The notes under the pieces: generated by a model
Told to the model about the DNA's origin: nothing
Seen by the model: only the letters and a program-made list of their open reading frames with translations
The model's database searches: none
Shown here: one piece after another, positions 8,559 through 15,951 of the stretch
Position numbering within the stretch: the first letter of the stretch is position 1
How the letters are laid out: each line of letters opens with the position of its first letter
Origin: an uncultured Candidatus Bathyarchaeia archaeon
Lineage (GTDB): Archaea; Thermoproteota; Bathyarchaeia; Hecatellales; Hecatellaceae
Reading direction: 5' to 3'
Assembly: GCA_964569845.1 (NCBI GenBank)
Contig: CAZMUQ010000001.1
Span: 3,994 to 67,993 of the forward strand
DNA: 64,000 bases
Program-made: the position numbers and the translations under genes

Positions 8559-8780
8559 TTATTCCTCAGCCTCTAATATCTCACTCCAAATCTTAAGAGT
8601 TTCTTTAGCAGTTTCCTCATCTAAAACTTGGATTGCAAATCCAGCATGAACAATTACATAATCACCTATTTTAGCATCAACAAGCGAAATATTAACCTCC
8701 CTAACTACACCTCCACCAAAATCAACTACTGCATGGTCTCCTTCAACTTTTAAAACCTTCGCAGGGATAGCTAAACACAA
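8559..8780 (-). CDS. hypC: hydrogenase assembly chaperone HypC
   Basis: The N-terminus reads MCLAIPAKV, with the essential Cys2. The 73-aa length is typical. Confidence 0.9.
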   Translation of the reverse strand: MCLAIPAKVLKVEGDHAVVDFGGGVVREVNISLVDAKIGDYVIVHAGFAIQVLDEETAKETLKIWSEILEAEE

Positions 8781-8851
8781 TCCACATCACAGGGGTAAAT
8801 ATCCTCTTAAAATGAAGAGGAATCTTAACCTTTAACTTTTTCTCCAAAAAT

Positions 8852-11119
8852 TTAACCTAAAAAGCTAGCTATAAAAGCTTGTCCTAATGAAATTCCCCCA
8901 TCTCCAGCTGGAACTTTACTGTTAACTACAAATTTAAACCCTCTTTTTTCAACAATCTTCTTAATTGTTAAAGTTATATGTTTATTGTATGCTACTCCAC
9001 CAGAGAAACCTATAATCCTAACTCCCAATTCTTCAGCTTTCTCAATTGCTGCTTGAGCTAAACTTTTACTAATGTATTCTTGAGCAGAGTAAGCAAGATC
9101 CTTAGCAGAATATTTTCCAAGGTTTTCAAAAATTTCTAAAACAATATTTTCTGTGTTAATAATGTTACCATCTATTTTAGGTTCAACTTTAAGTATATCC
9201 TTACCGTTTAAAGCGTAAGATTCAAGCTTTATTGCAGGTTCTCCTTCATAGGTTCGTTCATAACATACTCCAAGTAATGCTGCAATAGCATCTAAAACTC
9301 TACCGCAACTTGTGGTCCATGTAAATTTTCCAGTTTTAGCCTGCCTTATTATTATCTCTGCTTCTGCCTTTCCAAACGGCAAAAAACTTGATTTTGAGTA
9401 AATCCAATCCTCAATTTTTGAATGTTCTCTTAAAATTCCTACAACCATTCTTAATGGGTAAAGTGTTGCCTTATCCCCTCCAATCATTGGTTGTTCTTGA
9501 AGATGAGTTAAACGTTTAATTTCACCCTCAACCCAATAAAGAATTTCACCACCCCATGCTTTTCCATCTAAACCATAACCAAAACCATCGCAAACAATGC
9601 CAATAGCTTCATCTAAACCATACTCTGCTACAAGCGAACCTAGATGAGCATAATGATGTTGAATAGGAAAAACTTCGCATCCAAACTTTTCAGCAAGCTT
9701 ACTAGCTAAACTTGTTGTATTAAATTTTGGATGCAAATCACATGCAATATATTGAACTTTTACATTTGTTAAGTTTAGAAGATGAGTTACAGCATGCTCA
9801 AGGTAGCTTAAGGTTTCAACATTTTTAACATCACCAATATATTGAGTTAAGAAGGCTTTATCTTCATTTAATATGCATCCTGTAACATTTTCTTCAGCAC
9901 CTAAAGCTAAAACAGGTTTTTTAACCCTATTTTTTAAAAATATTGGAGCTGGAGCGTAACCCCTAGATCTACGAATTATTGTAGGAATTTTATCATGAAC
10001 CCTAACAACGGAGTCATCACATCTTTGAGCAATCCTTCTATTGTGAAGGAGAAAGTAGTCAACTGTTGAACCCAGTCTTCTATATGCTTCCTCATTATCT
10101 ACAACTATAGGTTCACTTGGAGGATTTGCGCTTGTCATGATAAATGCTGGTTCTTTAACATTATCAAAAAGCATATAATGAAGACCTGTATAGGGTAACA
10201 TAACACCAATATTATGGAGTTTTGGAGCAATTTCCTCAGAAAGGTAGTAATTATCGCTTTTTTCAAGTAAAACTATTGGTCTAATGTAGGATGTTAAAAG
10301 TTTTTCTTCCTCCTTGCTAACTTTAGCAAAAGTTTTCACAGCTTCAAGACTTTTAGCCATCACTGCAAACGGTTTTTGTGCTCGATGTTTAACTTTTCTA
10401 AGTCTAATTATAGGCTCAGATTTTAAGGTTGAAGTTGCAATATGAAAACCTCCATTACCTTTAATAGCAACAATAAATCCTTCTTCTACAAGCTTTCCAG
10501 CTTCCCTAATAGGATCTTTGCACTCAACATTTTCCTTATCTTTTGTTGTTAAATAAACTCTTGGTCCACATGCATGGCATGCTATTGTTTGAGCATGAAA
10601 GCGACGGTTTAAAGGGTTAACATACTCTTCTTTACATTTTTCACACATCGGAAAATCTACCATTGTAGTGTTTTCTCTATCGTAGGGTAATTTTTCAATC
10701 ACTGTATATCTGGGCCCGCAATCTGTACATGTGATAAAAAAATAATCATATCTCCTATTCTTTGAATCTTTTAATTCCTCTAAACATTTACTGCAGATCG
10801 ATATGTCTGGCGGGATAACCAATCCTGAGAATCTTTTTTCCTCTAAACTTCTATATATCCTGAACTCTTTAAACTCGCCTTTATCTCTAGAAAATTTTAC
10901 TTTTAACTTGTAAATTTGTGCTAATGGAGGTTTTTCGCTTCTTATTAATTTTATAAAATGCTTAATGTTTTTTTTATCACCTTCAACAATAATTTCAACA
11001 GTTGCATCTCCACAATTACGTACAAAACCCTTAAGATTCTCTTTTACAGCAGTTCTATAGATAAATGGTCTAAATCCAACACCTTGCACAATACCAGTAA
11101 CAGTTATTTCTGCACGCAA
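8852..11119 (-). CDS. hypF: carbamoyltransferase HypF
   Basis: 755 aa. It has an N-terminal acylphosphatase domain (VQGVGFRPFIYR), two zinc-finger CxxC…CxxC pairs, a YrdC-like domain and a C-terminal Kae1/carbamoyltransferase domain. Confidence 0.9.
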   Translation of the reverse strand: MRAEITVTGIVQGVGFRPFIYRTAVKENLKGFVRNCGDATVEIIVEGDKKNIKHFIKLIRSEKPPLAQIYKLKVKFSRDKGEFKEFRIYRSLEEKRFSGLVIPPDISICSKCLEELKDSKNRRYDYFFITCTDCGPRYTVIEKLPYDRENTTMVDFPMCEKCKEEYVNPLNRRFHAQTIACHACGPRVYLTTKDKENVECKDPIREAGKLVEEGFIVAIKGNGGFHIATSTLKSEPIIRLRKVKHRAQKPFAVMAKSLEAVKTFAKVSKEEEKLLTSYIRPIVLLEKSDNYYLSEEIAPKLHNIGVMLPYTGLHYMLFDNVKEPAFIMTSANPPSEPIVVDNEEAYRRLGSTVDYFLLHNRRIAQRCDDSVVRVHDKIPTIIRRSRGYAPAPIFLKNRVKKPVLALGAEENVTGCILNEDKAFLTQYIGDVKNVETLSYLEHAVTHLLNLTNVKVQYIACDLHPKFNTTSLASKLAEKFGCEVFPIQHHYAHLGSLVAEYGLDEAIGIVCDGFGYGLDGKAWGGEILYWVEGEIKRLTHLQEQPMIGGDKATLYPLRMVVGILREHSKIEDWIYSKSSFLPFGKAEAEIIIRQAKTGKFTWTTSCGRVLDAIAALLGVCYERTYEGEPAIKLESYALNGKDILKVEPKIDGNIINTENIVLEIFENLGKYSAKDLAYSAQEYISKSLAQAAIEKAEELGVRIIGFSGGVAYNKHITLTIKKIVEKRGFKFVVNSKVPAGDGGISLGQAFIASFLG

Positions 11120-11210
11120 AGTTATCTAACCATTAAATTAAACGAAAAGATGAACCTTCTCATAAAAGAGGAAAAATAGTGTGTAAAATTGGTTGATAGT
11201 TTGAGTTGAC

Positions 11211-11681
11211 TCATTTTATTATGTAAAGGTAAATTGTATGTTGACCTAAGTTTACAACTTTTACAGGTTTCCAACCAATAATTTCATAGTCATGAGAAAC
11301 TACTCTAGCCCCCTTTTTAAGCTCACTTTCAAGTTTTGGTTTTAGACGTTCATTAGCTGAGGTTGTAAGGAATAAGGTGATAACATCAGCATCCTTTATT
11401 GGAACTTTGTAGAGGTCCCCATGGATTATTGTAATTTTATCCTCTAATCCAAGTTTTTTAATTTCCTCTTTGGATGTTTTAACAAGGTCTTCCCTTACCT
11501 CAACCCCTACAGCCTTTTTGATGCCAAACTTTTTAACAGCTGTTATTAGTATTCGCCCATCACCTGACCCTAAATCATAAAGTATATCATCCTCGTGTAG
11601 TTCTGCCATTTCAAGCATTTTTTCTACAACTTCTAATGGTGAGGATATGAATGGAACGTAGACCATCCGCGCTCCCCGCAT
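11211..11681 (-). CDS. small class I SAM-dependent methyltransferase
   Basis: It has the SAM-binding motif I DLGSGDGRILI and acidic motif II VGVEVRED. It is 156 aa long. Confidence 0.7.
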   Translation of the reverse strand: MRGARMVYVPFISSPLEVVEKMLEMAELHEDDILYDLGSGDGRILITAVKKFGIKKAVGVEVREDLVKTSKEEIKKLGLEDKITIIHGDLYKVPIKDADVITLFLTTSANERLKPKLESELKKGARVVSHDYEIIGWKPVKVVNLGQHTIYLYIIK

Positions 11682-11702
11682 TCTTACCTTATTAAGGTAA
11701 GA

Positions 11703-12092
11703 ATGTATAATGAAAAATATAAGAATTGTTTAAACATTTTTCCACAACTGATAAATACAAGTTTTAGGTTTTTCTTGATGGGTGAAGTTGTGCAAAAAAG
11801 TATGCTGGATGCAACATTAACTCCCTTCTATTGTAGATTAGCTCTTACCCTATGCCAGCATGCAAGGGAACTTCTTTATGATGATAGAAAGTACCAGTCA
11901 GCTTCAAATATTTGCAAATTTATATCAACACTTTGTAGGAGAAATGGCTATCCTCAATGTGTTGAAGAATCTAAGCTTTGTGAAAAAGTTTCTGAGTTAT
12001 GTAGGTCTCCAGAAAAAGTTAATGAAGCACGGCGTATTTGTGAAGTAGCAAGGAGAAGATGCCCTAAAAGTTTTAGTATAAAGGCTGGTTGA
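11703..12092 (+). CDS. cysteine-rich protein with periodic Cx6C repeats (hypothetical)
   Basis: Cysteine pairs recur in the sequence: C..LTLC, ICKFISTLC, CRRNGYPQC, CVEESKLC, CEKVSELC, C(x12)C and CEVARRRC. The track start at 11703 is only 21 nt from the divergent methyltransferase start. An in-frame ATG at 11778 (MGEVVQ…, 104 aa) is a more plausible start. The stop lies 6 nt before the PAC2 gene. Confidence 0.45.
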   Translation: MYNEKYKNCLNIFPQLINTSFRFFLMGEVVQKSMLDATLTPFYCRLALTLCQHARELLYDDRKYQSASNICKFISTLCRRNGYPQCVEESKLCEKVSELCRSPEKVNEARRICEVARRRCPKSFSIKAG

Positions 12093-12098
12093 TTAGAT

Positions 12099-12872
12099 AT
12101 GGGTTGGACAAAAATTTATGTTTTAGAAGAACCTAAACTTGAAAGCCCCATTCTTGTTCAGGGTCTTCCAGGATTAGGATTTGTCGGAAAACTTACTGTA
12201 ACCTATATTATTGACGAGCTAAAACTTAAACCGTTTGCAAGACTTTACTCAAGCTACCTTACATTAATTAATGGAAGTGCTGGTGTTCATATAAATGCTG
12301 ATGGAACGTTTTTCTTACCAAAACTTGAATTTTATGCATACAATAAAACGAAGCCTCATATCGTGTTTTTAACTGGTGATACTCAACCGACGGTACATGG
12401 ACAATATGAGGTTATTGATACTGTTTTAAACTTTGTTCAGAACTTTGGATGCAGAAAAGTTATTGCTGTTGGAGGTTTTCAAACACCTTTTGAGCGTGAT
12501 ATAGGAAATGTTTATGCTGTTTTTAATAAACCCTATATGGTTGAAAAGTTAAAGGAGCTTGGAGTTTATATAACTACAAGTGGCACTGTTACAGGTGCAT
12601 GTGGAATAATTCTTGGTCTTGGAGATCAACGTAACCTTGAGGCATTAGGACTTTTAGGTGCAACTCGTGGAGAGTATCCCGACATGGAGGCAGCAAAAAG
12701 TGTCATTAAAGTTTTGTCTAAAATTCTTTCATTAGAGATTGACTTTACAAGACTTGATAAAGAAATTGCGGATATGAAGAAGAAACTTGAAAGTTTGCAT
12801 AAGATTCGTACTGAAGCTATTGAGCAATTTAGAAGGGAGGTTATAAGAGAACCTTCTTCTCTGTACATTTAA
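12099..12872 (+). CDS. PAC2-family protein (PbaA/PbaB-like proteasome assembly chaperone/activator) with a C-terminal HbYX motif
   Basis: The N-terminal segment ILVQGLPGLGFVGKL is typical of the PAC2 family. The extreme C-terminus …SSLYI is a hydrophobic-Tyr-X motif, of the kind used by proteasome-binding proteins. Confidence 0.65.
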   Translation: MGWTKIYVLEEPKLESPILVQGLPGLGFVGKLTVTYIIDELKLKPFARLYSSYLTLINGSAGVHINADGTFFLPKLEFYAYNKTKPHIVFLTGDTQPTVHGQYEVIDTVLNFVQNFGCRKVIAVGGFQTPFERDIGNVYAVFNKPYMVEKLKELGVYITTSGTVTGACGIILGLGDQRNLEALGLLGATRGEYPDMEAAKSVIKVLSKILSLEIDFTRLDKEIADMKKKLESLHKIRTEAIEQFRREVIREPSSLYI

Positions 12873-12887
12873 AATAAAACTTTTTAT

Positions 12888-14069
12888 TTATTCTTCCTTA
12901 GGCTCTACAACTAGTGTGGGGCCTTCTTTACGAAGAATACTAACCTTTTTTCCTTTTTCGATTTTTCTGTTTGATTTGGCTTTCCAATATTCTCCTTGAT
13001 AAATTATAAATCCAGGTTTCTCTGGAGTTATTTCCTCAATAACCTCGCCATCCCCTTTAAACATTTCACCTATTATTGGGGGCTTTCTTCTAAGCTTTAA
13101 AACCTTATATGAAGCAAAAATAAAGAAAGCTCCTATAGTTAAAGGAACAACTATTGTTGCTAAAATTAGGGTATTTAACCATTCAGGTGAAATAATCCAT
13201 TCCCGTGGCATAACAAGCATACTTCCAATTAAAATACTTACAACACCTGCTCCTCCAATTATACCAAATCCAGGTGTAAAAAGCTCGTAAAGAAGTAAAA
13301 TTCCCCCTAAACCTATAAGTATCAGCGCACCAACATTTATATCTCCAAGAATTCCAAGCCCTATTAAACCAAGTAAAAGTAGGATTCCACCAATAACTTC
13401 TCCTCCAATACCTGGTGAAGCTAAACCGAATAGTAAAGCATAAAGTCCAACCATAAGCATAAAGAATGCTACCATAGGCTCTGAAATTGTTTTTAAAATT
13501 TGAAGTCTTATGCTTGGAGACCATTCAACAACCTCAGCATCTTTACTTTTAATTGTGAAGTTTCCTGAGGCAGTAATAACAGTTAAACCATGGATCTTTT
13601 CTTTTAAGTCATCTATAGATGGGCTAATAAGCTCTATAACTCCATATTTTTTTGCTTCATCAGCATCTAAGTTTAAGTTTTCACGTATACAAAGCTTTGC
13701 TACTGTTTCATTTCTTCCATGCATTTTTGCTCTTTCAACAAGGAATGCTTCTAAAGCATTGATGGTTTTTGTGTCATTTATAGGCTGGGTTATACCAAAC
13801 CCTATAGATACAGGTTGACATGAACCCATAATTGTGTTTGGAGCCATGCATGCAACATGAGTTGAGAAAAGGATGTAAGTTCCTGCAGACCATGCTGTAG
13901 CCCCTCTTGGGTATACATAGCCTATAACTGGAACATTTGAACTCTCTATAAGGCTAATTATTTTAAAGGTTGCATCAAGACTTCCACCAGGAGTATTTAA
14001 TGTTAAAATTATTGGGCAGTTGTTTTTCTCAGCATAGCTTAAAGTTTCTCTTAAAAGTTCAACAGACAT
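12888..14069 (-). CDS. NfeD-family membrane-bound ClpP-class serine protease (stomatin operon partner); the true N-terminus probably lies upstream of the annotated ATG
   Basis: It has a ClpP-like domain (ILTLNTPGGSLDA, SAGTYILF), a multi-pass transmembrane region and a C-terminal OB-fold-like domain. The frame stays open upstream to the stomatin stop codon and encodes a signal-peptide-like segment. Confidence 0.8.
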   Translation of the reverse strand: MSVELLRETLSYAEKNNCPIILTLNTPGGSLDATFKIISLIESSNVPVIGYVYPRGATAWSAGTYILFSTHVACMAPNTIMGSCQPVSIGFGITQPINDTKTINALEAFLVERAKMHGRNETVAKLCIRENLNLDADEAKKYGVIELISPSIDDLKEKIHGLTVITASGNFTIKSKDAEVVEWSPSIRLQILKTISEPMVAFFMLMVGLYALLFGLASPGIGGEVIGGILLLLGLIGLGILGDINVGALILIGLGGILLLYELFTPGFGIIGGAGVVSILIGSMLVMPREWIISPEWLNTLILATIVVPLTIGAFFIFASYKVLKLRRKPPIIGEMFKGDGEVIEEITPEKPGFIIYQGEYWKAKSNRKIEKGKKVSILRKEGPTLVVEPKEE

Positions 14070-14213
14070 TGTTGAAACAGTGCCTTCAAGTTTAACTAAC
14101 AGAAGCTTACCTTCATTTTGAGATGCTTGAATATCACATGTGGTGGTGAAGAGTGTAAAAATAAGGGTTATGGTTATGATAATTAAAGTTAACCTTTCCC
14201 TTCTAATTTTGAT

Positions 14214-15002
14214 TTAACCCCCACTTGTTTGCTTCTCTTTACTTTTTAAAATACCAAGCATTGCTGCTATATCTTGACCTGTTGTTGTACTTGTTACAAC
14301 AATCATATTCCTTTCTCTTGCAATTTCTGTTAATGTTTGAAGTTCTCTAAGTCTTAACCCCATAGGATTATCTTGATACATTTTAGCTGCTTGAGCCATC
14401 TTAGTTGCAGCCTGATATTCTCCTTCAGCCATAATTATTCTTGAACGTCTTTCTCTTTCAGCTTCAGCTTGTTTAGCTATTGCTCTTTGCATTTCAATTG
14501 GAAGAGAAACATCCTTTATAGCTACCTGAGCAACTTTGATACCCCAAGGATCTGTTGCTGCATCAATTATCTCCGTTAGGCGTTTACCGAGTTCTTCACG
14601 CTTTGTTAATAGATCATCTAACTCAACTTGACCTATAACATCCCTCAGAGTTGTTTGAGAGAGAAGATTTGTTGCATAAATGTAGTTTTCAACAGCTATA
14701 ACTGCTTTAATAGGGTCAAAAACACGATAATAAACCACTGCATCAACATCAACTGTAACATTATCCTTTGTGATAATTCTTTGTTTAGGTACATCAAAAG
14801 TTATAACTCTTAAATCGACAACTCTAAAAACATCCACAATAGGTATTCTAAAAAATAAGCCTGGACCTTTAGCACCCAAAAGTCTTCCAAGTCTAAAAAT
14901 AACCGCTCTCTCATATTCTTTAACAATTCTTAGGGATGATGAGAGAAATATTAGAGCAAATATTATCAGAATTATCCAAGTAAAGAGAGATGCTGCCTCC
15001 AT
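14214..15002 (-). CDS. stomatin/prohibitin (SPFH-domain) protein
   Basis: It has an N-terminal transmembrane helix, SPFH-domain motifs (RAVIFRLGRLLGAKGPGLFFRIPIVD) and a C-terminal coiled coil. It is adjacent to the NfeD gene. Confidence 0.9.
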   Translation of the reverse strand: MEAASLFTWIILIIFALIFLSSSLRIVKEYERAVIFRLGRLLGAKGPGLFFRIPIVDVFRVVDLRVITFDVPKQRIITKDNVTVDVDAVVYYRVFDPIKAVIAVENYIYATNLLSQTTLRDVIGQVELDDLLTKREELGKRLTEIIDAATDPWGIKVAQVAIKDVSLPIEMQRAIAKQAEAERERRSRIIMAEGEYQAATKMAQAAKMYQDNPMGLRLRELQTLTEIARERNMIVVTSTTTGQDIAAMLGILKSKEKQTSGG

Positions 15003-15104
15003 AAGATTTAACCCCTCTATTTACATTTTTAGCTAAGCTATCTATCATTTTTCTAGCATTTAAAGGTTTAAATTTGAAGTAAAAATTTCTATTTTAGAGG
15101 TTTC

Positions 15105-15740
15105 TTGGACATAAAAGTTGTTGGTATAGATCTTGCAGGCAGTATAAAAAGGCCAACAGGATTCTGCTTAATGGATGAAAATCTTAAAGTTAAAACCTCT
15201 ATCCTATATGAAGACGAGGAAATAGTGGGAAAAACTGTTTTAGCAAAACCTACTATTGTAAGTATTGATGCCCCCCTTGCTTTACCTAAGGGTAGATGTT
15301 GTCTTAGAGATGATTGTTCATGTAGGAAAGCTGGACATTTAAGGGAATGTGATAAAGTTTTACTTAAGATGAGGATTAAATTTTTCCCCTTAACTCTTGG
15401 TCCTATGCGTAAATTGACATTAAGAGGTATAAAGATTAAGGAGGAATTAAACAGTAAGGGTTTGAGTGTAATTGAAAGTTTTCCATATAGTGTAAAGAAA
15501 ATTTTAGGTTTTCCAGAGAAAAAGCAAGGATTGGATAAGTTTAGGGAGGCATTAAAAAGTTTAGGTGTTGATGGAGATGTTAACAAGAAGGATATCAGTG
15601 TTCATGAGCTTGATGCAATAACTTCAGCATTAGTTGGATTAATGTACCTTAAAGGTGAAGCTTTAGAAATAGGAGATCCTTCAGAAGCTTTAATGGTTAT
15701 TCCAAACCCTGAAATTTTCAAATACCAGTATAAACCATAA
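15105..15740 (+). CDS. DUF429-family protein (RNase H-like fold, predicted nuclease) with an inserted cysteine cluster
   Basis: DUF429 hallmark motifs are present: VVGIDLAG…GFCLMDE, VSIDAPLALP and RECDKVL…FFP. An inserted CCLRDDCSCRKAGH segment looks like a zinc-binding site. Confidence 0.6.
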   Translation: MDIKVVGIDLAGSIKRPTGFCLMDENLKVKTSILYEDEEIVGKTVLAKPTIVSIDAPLALPKGRCCLRDDCSCRKAGHLRECDKVLLKMRIKFFPLTLGPMRKLTLRGIKIKEELNSKGLSVIESFPYSVKKILGFPEKKQGLDKFREALKSLGVDGDVNKKDISVHELDAITSALVGLMYLKGEALEIGDPSEALMVIPNPEIFKYQYKP

Positions 15741-15772
15741 AGCTAATCTAAAAATTAACAACTATAATATCT

Positions 15773-15832
15773 GGGGCGATGAAGAATCTAGCCCAACAGA
15801 AAGAGTGAAGAAGATCTTGAGTACTGAGCCCC
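15773..15832 (+). ncRNA. candidate C/D-box sRNA (2'-O-methylation guide)
   Basis: The sequence reads GGGGC-g-AUGAAGA (C)-aucuagcccaa (11 nt)-CAGA (D')-aaga-GUGAAGA (C')-agaucuugagua (12 nt)-CUGA (D)-GCCCC. It has a perfect 5-bp terminal stem, and both C-type boxes are the same RUGAAGA variant. It is about 60 nt long and lies in a 211-nt intergenic gap on the same strand as the flanking genes. Confidence 0.55.
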
Positions 15833-15951
15833 TTATTTAACCCTTAGAAACATAGTGTCTTAGCTAGATGATTAAGCTTCAAAGCTATCTTCTAAATTCT
15901 CCTAAATTTTTAAATATGTTCAAGGTTTTTTGATACTTAAAGTTTCATTTT

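Noticed and set aside
10958-11179. 73-aa plus-strand ORF overlapping the hypF start
   Set aside because: It is an antisense, Asn/Ser/Phe-rich artefact.
11860-12048. 62-aa ORF in an alternative frame inside the Cys-rich gene
   Set aside because: It is in a different frame of the same strand, and the Cys-repeat frame shows a clear periodic pattern, so I preferred the longer frame.
12626-13818. Track ORFs 12626..12868(-), 13183..13524(-) and 13510..13818(+) overlapping the PAC2 and NfeD genes
   Set aside because: They are alternative or antisense frames within well-supported genes. The 113-aa Trp/Arg/Tyr-rich frame is a composition artefact of the hydrophobic NfeD transmembrane region.
14628-15586. 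Track ORFs 14628..14813(+), 14770..15036(+) and 15089..15586(-) overlapping the stomatin and DUF429 genes
   Set aside because: Stomatin and DUF429 both have clear family motifs, and the overlapping frames are low-complexity.
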